In this document: positions 36,844-49,149 of the stretch, in pieces
Layout of the letters: every line of letters begins with the position of its first letter
Numbering within the stretch: position 1 is the first letter of the stretch
Origin: Perna viridis
Taxonomy: Eukaryota
Assembly: GCA_037379345.1 (NCBI GenBank)
Contig: CM074524.1
Coordinates: forward strand, 22,130,750 to 22,194,749
Direction of reading: 5' to 3'
DNA length: 64,000 nucleotides
The notes under the pieces: model-generated
Told to the model about the DNA's origin: nothing
The model's input: only the letters and a program-made list of their open reading frames with translations
Databases searched by the model: none
Program-made: the position numbers and the translations under genes

Positions 36844-37225
36844 AATACAGTTCATGGATGTTAACTTTTTCTGCTGATCTATAGAACTTTTACTTTGCTT
36901 TGGCAACTGGTTAATCACAATCATTTAGGTTTGACTAAATCTCCTCTGGTCAAGAGATATACTATGTCCATTTCGGCAATTTTATTTTGTTAACCCGACG
37001 ACAAGTATGCACTACGAAAATCGACATTAGGAACGTCTCCATATTTTCCCAGAATACATAAAAACTGACATGTATTTCACAGTTAATTTCTATTGAATTC
37101 AATAGACAAAAATGAATTATTGTATCATAATCATATCTATTTGTGAACGATGTATTGACGCCTGAAACACATTCTGGTTAAACATAATTAAGAAAGTTCA
37201 TTTTTGTTGTTGACTCTCTGTTTAA

Positions 37226-37436
37226 GGAGGTAGCCTATAGGGTAAGGGACATAACTCTAGGAATCAGTGATATGTTTGTATTATATTTAATTTTACCAGC
37301 CTTTCAAGCTTTCCTTTGAAACAGAATGAAATCAGTCCAAGTTACTTTGGTGCTTACATGAGATTGATGTTAAATGCTGAATGCAAACGTTCTAGTGATT
37401 TGAGAGAGTTGTGTCCCTCACCATAGGTCTACCTCC
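37226..37436. mobile_element. TTAA MITE (Kolobok-like)
   Basis: TTAA-GGAGGTAG...CTACCTCC-TTAA, with inner inverted GGGACATAACTC / GAGTTGTGTCCC. Confidence 0.85.
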
Positions 37437-37502
37437 TTAACTTTTAATCGATTTGGTGTTACAAATGATTAAATATATTTTCTTTTGTTTAAAAGTCAAA
37501 AG

Positions 37503-37623
37503 ATGTACAGGCAATTAGGTTTCCTTATCTTATTGTTAGCTGTCGATACTATTGAAACAAGATGGTATCGCTACTTGTATCGCAAACCACCACGATGTAA
37601 AACTACAATTAAACCAGATGCCG
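37503..37623 (+). CDS. NIDO gene exon 1 (signal peptide + RWYRYLYRKPPRCKTTIKPDA)
   Basis: ATG, hydrophobic core, GCCG|gtaagt donor. Confidence 0.75.
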
Positions 37624-40600
37624 GTAAGTTTTCATTAAGGGCAAAATTTACGTATTTTCGAAAGTAATAAGCTAATGACTCAATGAAGTCTATTAATCCA
37701 CATATTTGTACAGCACCATAAATTCTTGTTTTCTATGCTTTCGTTGCGTATTTGTATTATTATTTCGTATCGTCTACATTTTATTCGTTCCTTAATGATA
37801 ATGATGATGATGAGTTCAGTGTGGATGCATATGTTTTTGCACAAACATATCTTGGATGGAAAATCACGGTCATAGAAATTCTATAGTATACAATTACAGT
37901 TAAATAACTATCCATGTAGAAACCAGGCTGATTCCTTGATATGGTAGGCACAGAGTAAATTGTATTCCACCAAATTTTATGATATCAGAAAGAACAAGGA
38001 TTTATCGTTATAAAAATTTGATGACTCAAAAAAACTAATGAACTTAATATGATCATTCAAAGAGTTTTTCCTTTGTTTGTAAATTTTCATTGCTTTCGAT
38101 TTAATTTATTTCTCTTTTACCATTTTAGTGAATTACAAATAGTCAAAAAATTAAAAACAAAAAAACTGCGAAGTTGATTGCATTATATTGTCATATGTAT
38201 ACGTTTGCAAGTTCGTTTTTTGTCTGGTCACATTGCTTTCCTATATTCGCAAATACAAGTGTTACTGTGTGATAGCTAATGTTAACGAATAATGAAAGAG
38301 TAATCAAGGAAACCAATGTTAGAGCGGTAATCAAAAGAATGTAATCCAGGGACAAAGACCAGACATAGAAAACAGACATACACAACAAAGAACATAAAGT
38401 AACTAAAATCATACATACAAAGTAACAAAAGTAAATGAGCAACTCGGATTCCACTAAAATTTGGAGCATGGACCAGGTGCACCGATAGTGTAAGTGTCCT
38501 CTGCTTTTCTAGAAACACCCGCCGAGTTGCTCATAAAAAGTCCGGGGTAGACAAACGAGGAAAGGTAAACTATGACCCGTTGAATAAATCAGTTTTCATG
38601 GTGCTGATGGATACATCATAACGATCCATGAGTTCTTGATGACGACCATAAAACTTCTGTAGTGATGACTTCAATCTTGTAGCAACATAACCCTCTTCCA
38701 GAAGCCTATTTGTTAGAGTTCTAGCGCGATGCAAATAGTCTGCGTAGTTTCGGCAAGCTCTGGCCTAACGCATGAGTTGTGACATGAACACTCCATACGC
38801 AGGAGCCGAAGGAATGTTGCCACAGATGAAATATATCAATAAATCGATGTATACATGACACAATATTAAATGAAAATCTTTCGTAATTCACAAAATCAAA
38901 CAAAATCGTTCATAATTCACAAAATCAAACAGGAATTAACGGAGGATGGACACCATTTGGTAATTGGTCAGACTGTTCCGCTACGTTGCATTGTAGTACA
39001 GGATCGATGACAAGATCTAGAACGTGTACAAATCCGTTACCAAGCAATGGAGGCCAGGAATGTGTAGGGGAGTCAACTGAATGTAAAGATTGTGGGATGC
39101 CTTGTACACGTAATTAGCTTTCTGCATAATATCATGCAATATCATGAAAATAAAGATAATAATTGGTTTCATGGTTTGAAATGGAGAAAAGTCCTTTATC
39201 AATTGTCTCTCTCCAATTAAGGTAAATTATGTATAAACTTTTTTTTTCATTATACATCATATTAACATATTTTCTTCTACACACTTTTTTTTTATCAAAT
39301 AGCAGATATTTAGTTTCTCATCAGTTTTGGCAAAATCAAAACTAAGTTTTAGATAAATATCCGTGAATTATTGAGGAATATCAGTGTATAAAATTTTACC
39401 GCGTAAGTTCCCAATTATTTCAAGTTGTGAGGTTAAAATTAAAAGATCGTCACTGACGTTCTATAAAACAAGACAGAAACGATACATAATTATGTAATGT
39501 ATATATCCAAATGATATTTTTAAACATTTTATGATGTTTCTTTCTAGTACCAAGAGGAAATGCTAGTCTAGTGGAAAGAGTAAACAGTATTACATCTTTC
39601 CCCCTTTTCAACGAAACAGTTCGTATCACGATGGTACTAAATAAACAGTAAAGAACAGATAAGAGGGTGTCCATGAAAAAGAAAAAAAACAGGCAGTTGG
39701 TGACAAACATTTTTCACCAATTCTTCCTTTTCCAAAGTTGAATATTGGTTTTTGATTAACCGCTACTATTGCAGACAAATAAATTACATAGAAATCATTG
39801 AAATTCATTAAAAAAAAAAATAAAACTCTTTAATTTGAGCAAAATTTGGTTAATTTCTTAGGGATCTTAAAACTGTTTCCGAGCCATACTTAGTCGATTT
39901 AAAACAAACTTTATATTATTTGACATAAATACGAGATATGCATTACATGGAAACAAAAAAAAATCTGCCTATTTTCTACATGGATAACCTCGTAACACAC
40001 ATAAAAGGTACCTTACTTGCAATCACAAGTAATGTGATTTTATAAAATGTTAACGAACTGTTCATGAATAAATGAGTGAAAGTAAAGGAAAAGACCCTTT
40101 GTTGCCAGACAAATTCAAATAACTACTAGAAAATGTAAACCTAAAACGTATTGAACTCCAATTAGAATTATGTGCACAAATAACAGAATCATTAAGGATG
40201 AGTATCTGAGATTAAAGAATTTTAAGATCGTTTTTCAAAATTTGGGCGAAAGAAAATATATATTGGAGAGACTTTGTAACATTATTAGATCACAGTTTCT
40301 AGGATAGGTTTGGTGTTACAAAGAACCACTCGGCATTAGTTGTTGGTTTACACACTACTGAAATTTAATCCCCCTAAACCTACTCATATTTGAACTGAAC
40401 TGTAAATATGAATATTATCGTTCCGATTCGTTCTTTATATCAACATAAACAAATTAACCGATCTACAAACGCGTCAAATAAAAAAGCGTGTGTTCCCATT
40501 GAATTTTTACCACCGGTATCTGGTCAGATGTAGTTATCTGAAAATAAATGATTAGGAAATCGTCCATCTATAAAAAAAAAACATCATTCAATAAGAACAC

Positions 40601-43600
40601 ACAAAAATGGTATGTTGATATCTGTAAGTTTTTGCTTTGTTTGCTCATTATTACTCAGAAAAAAAATCATATGTTTTTAAACACAATGAGACACATTTAA
40701 GGTCCGATGAAGAAATTTATATTTTGTGCCTATACCAAATAGCAACAATTACTTTTTTTCTCAAAATTACTTGAAAACCATACATCTTTTCCCCACATTT
40801 AGTCCTATCGGAGACATATAATTACCAATTGAATTGTATTTACCTTCTTCACATGAATTGATTTGTTTATCCTAAAAAATGTTTTTCATGAACGTATGAG
40901 AACATATGAAAATCATATATTTTTCGGGTGTTTTTTAAACATATTCTACAATTTTAACTGTGTAAAGATTTTGTTTTTTAACACAGATATTCCTTTATGG
41001 TATGATACTCATGTCAAATAATGATGCATATTTCATTCTCGCTAACGCAATGGATACTTTGAAAGGTGGCAATGTGTCCTACACTTTCTCCGAAGATGCC
41101 TGTGTATTGAAAGAATTATCTATAGACGTCGAAAAGTTTTTCAACATACATTTTTCCGGCACTTGGATGTTTAACCTAAAATTTGTTAATGTATCCAGCA
41201 GCAGAAGTGATACGGATATGCATGCAAGTTTTAAAGCTAAATAACATGTCATTACCAAATTAAGTAGTTGTCTTTGTAAGAGTCATGCGAATTCTGTGAA
41301 ATGTGATACACCTTAAAAAAGGCCACACATGTTTATAAAATACAAAAGTTTCTATTTTTTTAGTGTCATTAATAAAGTTATCTCCCTTAATTTTGAATTC
41401 TACAGTGCATTCTATATATTTTGATCTCCTATGAACAAAGGTTATACGAAAAGCCACATATTACTTTCTTTTACCATTACATTTTAAGTAAAATATTAAA
41501 AATAAAAATATGTAGGCTTTCCAACCATGAATCAGATTTGCATGATTCTTATGTGGAGTGCTACTTAGGTACTAGTTTACCGGTATGTTGGAATCAGGGA
41601 ATGAAATGCCATTATAAAAAGTAACCACTTAAATCATTCATAATTTCTTTTCGTGCTTTAGGAAATCAGCGATAAAAAGCAACCATTCAATCAGAATGTC
41701 AAAGGAACAATGTTGCAACATTTCATTGCAAAGGTTTCCAACTTGCATAGAGTAGAAGACATCAAATAGTTATCAGTTCTAAAAAAAAGACGATATCTTT
41801 GAGTGATAACTTTAAATTATTGATGTTTATTTTCACTTGTATGTTTTGCTTAATTGTCATTTTGCCAGATTCTTACAAGGACTTGCACTTAAACTCTATG
41901 TTATGTCATAACCTGTCAAATTTCCATCTCATTATTAAGAAACAAATTATCATGAACGAGTAGACTTGCAAAATAGATTCAAATATTTAAGATGTTATAA
42001 CCAATTATAGTTTTGACCATGGACGAAGAATGTACTAGTCTAGATATGGTATTCCAATATCATTTAGAACAAGGGATAGTGATTGCTTTACAGCAATTTG
42101 ATCTGTAGGCAATGTTTTCATTAAACATACCCACGTAAACAAAAATATATAACCTTTAATGCAAAATGCGCTTTTTATATATTGCTCAAGGCTATGCAAA
42201 GTTCAGAATCTTTGACATATATGTAGATAGCCATCTTGCAGAACTCTCCTATCTGAAGGTTGATCATAAGCAGACTTTATTGATTTTTACCGATAGCTTC
42301 TGGTTGGCTCGTGACTTCATTACGTCAGTTTGGTACTGACACAAGTACTGCAAACAATATGCAAACAAAGAATATTCCGTAAATATTTCTTCCTATCTAA
42401 TCACCAAAACATGTTGTTTTGTCAAGCTTACGATTGAACGATCGATAAAAGAGAAGTATTCTAAAAGTTTGCACCAGGTGCATCGGTAGGGTAGGCGTCC
42501 TCTGCTTTTCTAGTAACATCCACCTAGTTGCTAATAAAAAGTAAACATAACAGTCCTGAAACACCACAATCGGTTCATATGGATACTCGTTTTCCTTTTT
42601 TCCTCTACTAGTTTACATACTTTCTTTTTTTAGGTCGTCCGACTAAATCGTGAACAGAAATTTCCCGGAATTTCGTTTAACTCATAAACGCATTGCGATA
42701 TAATAAAACAATAGGCTCAGAAACAATAGTAGGACATGTCTTTAAACAACGTATTGACTGTACCAGTTATGATTATAGCTAGTCTCTAAATACATGATTT
42801 CAATAAAGAAATTTGTAACAGATCGTAGTAAAAAGTATGTAAAAACTAAGTTTATATTATCTCTGTTTAGTTTCAAACATTTCAAGGGACTATCATCACA
42901 GATGGCACAAACACATTCATCAGAAACATGTATATCAGTGTAGATCTACCTGTCCGAGCAGTAAGTATTCAAACTTTTACCTGAATTTGTAGCTCCGGCA
43001 GGAAGTGATTTGTTAATGGAAACTACAATACATGTACAGGGAAAACTTCTCATACTATAGTATATGTAGGGGGCAGGAAATGAGAAATGGGGATTGTGTA
43101 TGGGGGACGAGATTTTGAATGGAAATAATAGGAAAGTAAGTGTTTATTTATATATAAAAAATAATCAAATTGAGTTTAAAAAAATCCATTCCAAATGTTA
43201 AATCACAAATCAACATTTTAAATTGATAATGTAAAAATTGGTATCGGGATTCTATGGGCGATGGGGATATTTCTACAAGTAATTTTGAATTAATTTAGGG
43301 GAATGGGGATGAGAAAAATAGGGAATGGCGGATTATATATTGTGTCAATGGGAAGTTGGTACCAATTTAGATCTGTATTCAACATATTCTTGTATACAAA
43401 ATTGTACCGAAAACGGCAAAGTAGTTCAAAAAGTACAGTACTATTTGAGAGCTTGGACTGTTGACCAGTCGTTCCAAGTCTACCAAAACCAAGGACGACG
43501 TCCAAATAACGTTAAGTGATATGTCTTCAAGGCTCTTTAGCATCGTCCTCCTACCTGTTATACCTAACTCATAACAACTCTATATTCATTTCAGCACATT

Positions 43601-43744
43601 GGGTTTAAGATTGATGGACATTATATTTTGCTGAATGAATCTCTTGGTTTAAACTCGTTTCGGATCACTACTTTAACTAACGTAAACCAATCTGGAGTTT
43701 TCTGGTATAAAGTTGACAGTGAAGTTCAAAGTCCAAATATATAG
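37503..43744 (+). CDS. Secreted single-NIDO-domain protein, 5 coding exons, ~227 aa
   Basis: Exons 37503-37623, 39548-39633, 40987-41223, 42871-42960 and 43595-43744 are phase-consistent (1,0,0,0) and total 684 nt. Signal peptide MYRQLGFLILLLAVDTIET. NIDO-like motifs in order: FPLFN, DTLKGGNVSY, FSGTWMF, QTFQGTIITDG, IGF..DG.Y, TNVNQSGVFWYKVD. Confidence 0.8.
38296..38880 (-). mobile_element. 5'-truncated Penelope-like element (ORF C-terminal remnant + tail) in NIDO gene intron 1
   Basis: Reverse complement of 52230-52763. Confidence 0.85.
39548..39633 (+). CDS. NIDO gene exon 2 (VPRGNASLVERVNSITSFPLFNETVRITM)
   Basis: tttctttctag acceptor; ATG|gtacta donor; FPxF motif that precedes NIDO domains. 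Confidence 0.72.
40987..41223 (+). CDS. NIDO gene exon 3 (IFLYGMILMS...GGNVSY...FSGTWMFNLKFVNV...DMH)
   Basis: ttaacacag acceptor; the end is inferred at a CAT|gcaagt GC donor. Confidence 0.72.
42470..42545 (-). mobile_element. Penelope-like tail fragment
   Basis: ACCAGGTGCATCGGTAGGGTAGGCGTCCTCTGCTTTTCTAG. Confidence 0.7.
42871..42960 (+). CDS. NIDO gene exon 4 (FQTFQGTIITDGTNTFIRNMYISVDLPVRA)
   Basis: ctgtttag acceptor; GCA|gtaagt donor; TFQxxxxTDG NIDO signature. Confidence 0.85.
43595..43744 (+). CDS. NIDO gene exon 5 (HIGFKIDGHY...TNVNQSGVFWYKVDSEVQSPNI*)
   Basis: catttcag acceptor; resembles the NIDO C-terminal SNVxxxGxWxFRVD motif; ends at TAG. Confidence 0.8.
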   Translation, partial: HIGFKIDGHYILLNESLGLNSFRITTLTNVNQSGVFWYKVDSEVQSPNI

Positions 43745-43959
43745 GAGGAAACAACGTTTTGCTAAGGAAAAATAATTAAACCTATTTCCGAATGTTTTGC
43801 TCAAAAGTCAATTAAACAACAACTCGAAATAAATCAATCAGGACATATAAAATTATAGTAAACAGCAACACAAAGTAATAAGCTTGAGGGGTTGACAGAC
43901 AACATATGTTTATAGTAATTAGCACTCATGATTTTATGAATAATTTCTGTTGTTCGAGA

Positions 43960-44195
43960 GATTTTTAAGATACACAACAAATAGCGAGCAAAGTCGATTT
44001 TTCTACTTTTGTCTATTGTTGAATTATTTACCTGCATTTTTACTTATCAATATTTACTTTTGTTACTTTTGTTGTATGTATCATTTTTGCTATTTAAAAT
44101 TTTTGTTGTGTGTGTCTGTTTTCCACACCTTATCTTTGTCCCTGGATTTTATTCGTTTGATTTTCACTATAATCTTGGTTCCCTTGTTTACTCTT
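43960..44195 (+). mobile_element. Diverged Penelope-like tail copy
   Basis: TTTACTTTTGTTACTTT...TCTTTGTCCCTGGATT...TTGGTTCCCTTG..TACTCTT. Confidence 0.7.
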
Positions 44196-44554
44196 TAACG
44201 CGGTTCCGTGAATACACATCCAATAAAAGTTATAAGGCAAGGGAAATCAGCGACTTGAAAAAATATAATACAAAAGATGTTTGAAACTACGTGGGGCATT
44301 TTTACCTTATTTATTATGAGCAATTTAAAAAATATTTATCAGATGAGAATTCGGTGTTACATGTACGTCTTCTAACTGCACGTACAATTATATTGGTGGT
44401 CAATGGGAGATACTTTAGTTGATATTTCCGTACACTGTAAATACTGAACGGACTCATGTTAACTATTTAATTCAAATACATGTAATCATATTGATAATAT
44501 GATGTTTGTTTGCGTATTGCTTGCCTAAAGAAGCGAGGACCGGAAGGTGCTCTC

Positions 44555-47500
44555 TGAATATACAACATGTTCAAATATATATACTATTCAATTATATAAG
44601 ACACATCCATCAATCAATGTGAATCTGGACATAAACATTCTATGCGTCCAGTTTACCCGCCGATTTATTATTTGTGTACAAGTATGTTTTTGACCTCTAG
44701 GTATAATTGCATTTCTTTTGACTTGCTCATTACTTGTTACGCTCTGGAATATTATTATTTGTGTACAAGTATTTTTTTACCTCTAGGTATAATTGCATTT
44801 CTTTTGACTTGCTCATTACTTGTTACGCTCCCCGAATATACAACATGATCATATATATATACCATTCAATGATATAAGACACATCCATCAATCAATGTGA
44901 ATCTGGACATAAATATTCTATGTGTCCAGTTTACCCGTACATGTTTACCCGTACATGCATATAATTCAATTTATAGTTAACATAGACAATATTAATTCTT
45001 AAAGTCATTATACATTCCTCCCTTTCTCAACAATAACAATTTAATCAAGAATGTCTACGTACTGTCCTATCATATTTCCTCCCTTTCTCAAAGAATTATC
45101 GTAGATAATTCAGCAAACAGGCCGGTAACCGGACTTGCATTGTGGTAGTACTCGCTAATTGTGTACAGTCAAGTTTATTTTGAAAAAATCCGTCACCAGA
45201 AACTAGGCACACATCAAATGAGAAAAGTTTTATAAAGATGAATGTCAATGTCCGACACCGCATGAAGATGATAAATGAAGTTCCGATCCTATCGTTACTG
45301 GAACATCAAGTTCAATAAAATAATAACAGATCAATGAGTTTATTTACAAATCATCCGCGCTCCAGCTCTCCTCTGCTCCATGATTACAAATGTAAACGTT
45401 TGTTTATACAGTTACAAAGTCACCAACACCGTCAACTGCGCTCCAGCTCTCCTCTGCAAGTAAAAAACGCGATACGACCCCAATGTTATAACAACAGATA
45501 ACTTCTAAAATTTTGGCTAAATGCCAACGAGTTCAACTGAATGCGATCTGAACCACCATTTTCTAGTTAACTTTAAGGAACCATAACTAATGATTTCAAA
45601 ATGAATAAAAAATAAAACAATGAAAATGAATGATATGACTACAATGAAAACTTTTGAATATCTGAATTGTTCACAGACAACTAATAAAAACTTTAACTGT
45701 GCACAATAAAATTGACAACAGAACTACAAGATCAATATGACAATGAATTAAACGCACTGCAAAGCAATCTTTTGCAAGATATCTAAAGTCAATTTCGACG
45801 TCTCATTCCCTTTTGAGGATTTATGATGACGACGTTTCTTACGTGATGGAAGTATATGTTTTGGAGTAACAGCATCCACTGACATCTCTTCTCTACTGCT
45901 TGAAAGCTTGGTTGACCCCGTTGAGCCGACCTTCGACGAAAAGGATTCTCAAATGTACTTATCAGAGTAACAAAGAAAAAGGAGAAGAATATTCACCAGA
46001 GGAAGTTGTAGTAATTACTTCCGTATCAGTATCTATATCAGTCTCGGAAATAGATTCCTGCTTAATTTTGACACGTTTCAATAATCCGAAAATACGGCCG
46101 CCAATAAATAAATAATCCCTAACAATTCATAAAAAAACAAATCCTCCAAAAAACAATTACCTAAGTTAAGGTGTCTAAACAAAAAATCATCTTCAAAGGT
46201 ACTTTTATACACTATGGAATTCAATATAACGAATTATGTGATCTGTCTTACGTAGAATGATTATAATGAAATATATGCATTTAAAAGAAAGTATGCTCGG
46301 CAAAATTTAAGCACGCTAAACATGCCTAAAACAACTAAATGGTAAGAAACACCAAATCAAAATCTGGATAACCAATTCAGAGCAACTTAATAACTTTTCA
46401 CAAAACTTCACGATGCACCTCACTACTACATACGCATTTCTGTGTTTTCTTATTGCCTCGGTCAACAATGTTACCTCTTGTAACATAAAAACAACGTTAT
46501 CTACGTTCAAATGACGGCCAACTGCCATACAGCCATATATCTAACGGCTTCAACTAAATAAAACAATAACGGCAAACTGCCATAGAGCCATATATCTAAC
46601 GGCTTCAACTATAATTAAAATAATAACGGCGAACTGCCATAAAGCCATATTTTTAACAGCTTCAACTAATTAAATACAACCGACCACTTCTCGTATATAC
46701 GCAACGCCAAATGGAGCTGACAATAACAAAAGTTAAATTACGTATGCACCAATTAAACTAAAAGTGAAGTTCTGTGAATAGTAATTTGCATCTAGGGAAT
46801 ATCAAAGAAAGAGTAAGATTTTATATAAACCATCAGAAGAAAAAAAAATCGACCAGAATATATTTGACCCATGAACCTATGAACACGCACTACTGCAACT
46901 AAATTATTTTTCGCAAAAACGTTCTCTAGTTCCATAACTTCACAACTTATCAGGAACATAAAAAATGTAACCTTACATCACTATTTTGCTATCCGCAATA
47001 CATTTTGTACATGATTTGTTTGAAGCATGAATCTTAGCCCATTCTTGGTTTGAGTCAACCATAATAAAGTGTATGTAGACAATAACATGACTACAATACA
47101 TTCACTATTATATAAGACAAATCCATCAATCAATGTGAATATGGACATAAACATTTTATGTGTCCAGTTTACCCGCCGATTTATTATTTATGTACAAGTA
47201 TTTTTTTTTACCTCTAGGTATAATTGCATTTCTTTTGACTTGCTCATTACTTGTTACGCTCTGGAATATTATTATTTGTGTACAAGTATTTTTTTACCTC
47301 TAGGTATAATTGCATTTCTTTTGACTTGCTCATTACTTGTTACGCTCCCCGAATATACAACATAATCATATATACATACCATTCAATTATATAAGACACA
47401 TCCATCAATCAATGTGAATCTGGACATAAACATTCTATGTGTCCAGTTTACCCGTACATGTTTACCCGTACATGCATATAATTCAATTTATAGTTAACAT

Positions 47501-47591
47501 AGACAATATTAATTCTTAAAGTCATTATACATTCCTCCCTTTCTCAACAATAACAATTTAATCAAGAATGTCTACGTACTGTCCTATCATA
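44555..47591 (-). mobile_element. Element bounded by ~490-bp direct repeats (~44595-45074 and ~47109-47591); probable non-autonomous or degenerate LTR element
   Basis: Two highly similar repeats with internal a-b-b-a subrepeats. A minus-strand polypurine tract GAGAAAGGGAGGAA abuts the left repeat. No clear PBS or TSD. Confidence 0.5.
46514..46680. repeat. ~56-bp tandem repeat x3 (ACGGCnAACTGCCATAnAGCCATAT...GCTTCAACTA)
   Basis: Units at ~46514, 46569 and 46626. Confidence 0.8.
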
Positions 47592-47916
47592 AGAACGTAG
47601 TGAATTCAAAGAAAGCATAGAATAGTAATAAGCAATGCAAAATGATATAACAAAACCTGAAGGATTCAAAGAAATCACCAAATTACAGAAAAGTAATCAG
47701 CATTACAAAACCATGTAACAAAACCTATTACATAACAAAACACAAAATATCAGTAACCAATATAACGCATGCCGTACAGCAAGGGCTATAATTAGAATAG
47801 CCACGCGTGTTGATGTCGTTTTCTTATTCCTACTTTGAATTTCGCAAGTTCATTAAAGCTTTAAACGTAATTCACTTAATCCGGGAATAGCTGATAAAAT
47901 ATGATTATGTTTTAAG

Positions 47917-48146
47917 GTATTGGTATACCTATACTATGGATAGGACTGAATGATATAGTTACAGAAGGGCAATACCTATGGCACGGAGATTCATCCAAGC
48001 TGACATATGGTAGTTGGTATCGTAGAGAACAAAATAATTATCGCGGAGGAGAAGATTGCGTAACTAGCGAAAGGACATTGTGGAATGACATTCCTTGTGG
48101 CAATAAACATCCGTATGGTTTTGAAAAACTATTGATAATACAGTAG
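47917..48146 (+). pseudogene. Orphan C-type lectin domain exon (C-terminal half), probably degenerate
   Basis: ttttaag acceptor, then ILWIGLNDIVTEGQYLW...LTYGSWYRREQNNYRGGEDCV...LWNDIPCGNKHPYGFEK...*. The final conserved Cys is missing, and no upstream CTLD exon was found. Confidence 0.75.
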
Positions 48147-49149
48147 CTACATTATTACTCAAACCAAACACATAATTCACAAGTCTCAGGCTATATTCAT
48201 CTTCACCACTTGATTTTAATTTTCGGAAATCCTCAAGTTATGAAATGTTAAAGGATAGTTAAAATGTAAATAGCATGGCATTCCTTAAATATTAAAAAAA
48301 GACATATTATTATGATATGTCACACAAGTAGGAATGAATGGAATACACACTGCAAGTATCTTATAGGCTCATATGCTCGATACAGACATAGGTTTGGGAG
48401 AAGGAACAAGTGTTATTAGACTTCAGATTCTAAAAAGAACAATACACATGCTCTTAGCTGTGCAAATTGCTTTTCACAAAACAACGTGATTCATTTACCA
48501 AAAAAATGTACATACATAAAGAAAATGAATATGTCAAAGAGACATAATCTTTCCGAGAAAAAAAAACTGTCAGCTCAGGGCCACCCATGTGTCTTCAATA
48601 ATTACGAGAAAGCCCTTGCACCACCAGGCAGGCTGGCTGTAGAAGTATGATGAATGTATTAAGAGGCTTTCTTTGAGAAAACCATTTTTTTGTCAAAAAG
48701 TCATTTTGCATTGACTGAAAATTTAAGTTGGGGTTGGACGATATTAAGTTAAGATTCCCTAAAATGCTAATTATTCTTGTCAAACATTGTTCTATTTATA
48801 GTGACAGTCATTTTTGAGTATTTACATATATTTTTTTTTATTTTACCCCATTTTTCATCACTACATTTGGACTATTTTCTTTGTTGAAAAATTAAAGGCA
48901 GTCAACTAAAAGATTGAAATCAGACAAACTCTGAATATCATTTAAATACAAGTTGAAAAACAATTTTTTATATAAAAGCAATTGGGACGAGATTTCGTTG
49001 GTCCGATTTGGCCAATTGGAAAATTAGATGTTCCCATCCCCTGCATTCCGTTCCTTCTTTGTTTGGAAAACGTTCATATTCTACGTTATAATAAAACTTA
49101 CACAGCTTAAATAAGATGATTAACTCGTACTTGAGTATCTTTTATCGGA

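Noticed and set aside
43325-43519. 64-aa ORF MADYILCQWEVG... as a NIDO gene exon
   Set aside because: No suitable splice sites, and the NIDO domain is continuous from 42960 to 43595 without it
44642-44848. Duplicated ORF ...YYYLCTSIFLPLGIIAFLL (also 47069-47365)
   Set aside because: Lies within the non-coding direct repeats; internally repetitive translation with no recognisable domain
43718-47917. Splicing of the NIDO gene into the lectin exon
   Set aside because: Phase is compatible, but the donor (A|gtgaag) is poor and only half a CTLD would be added
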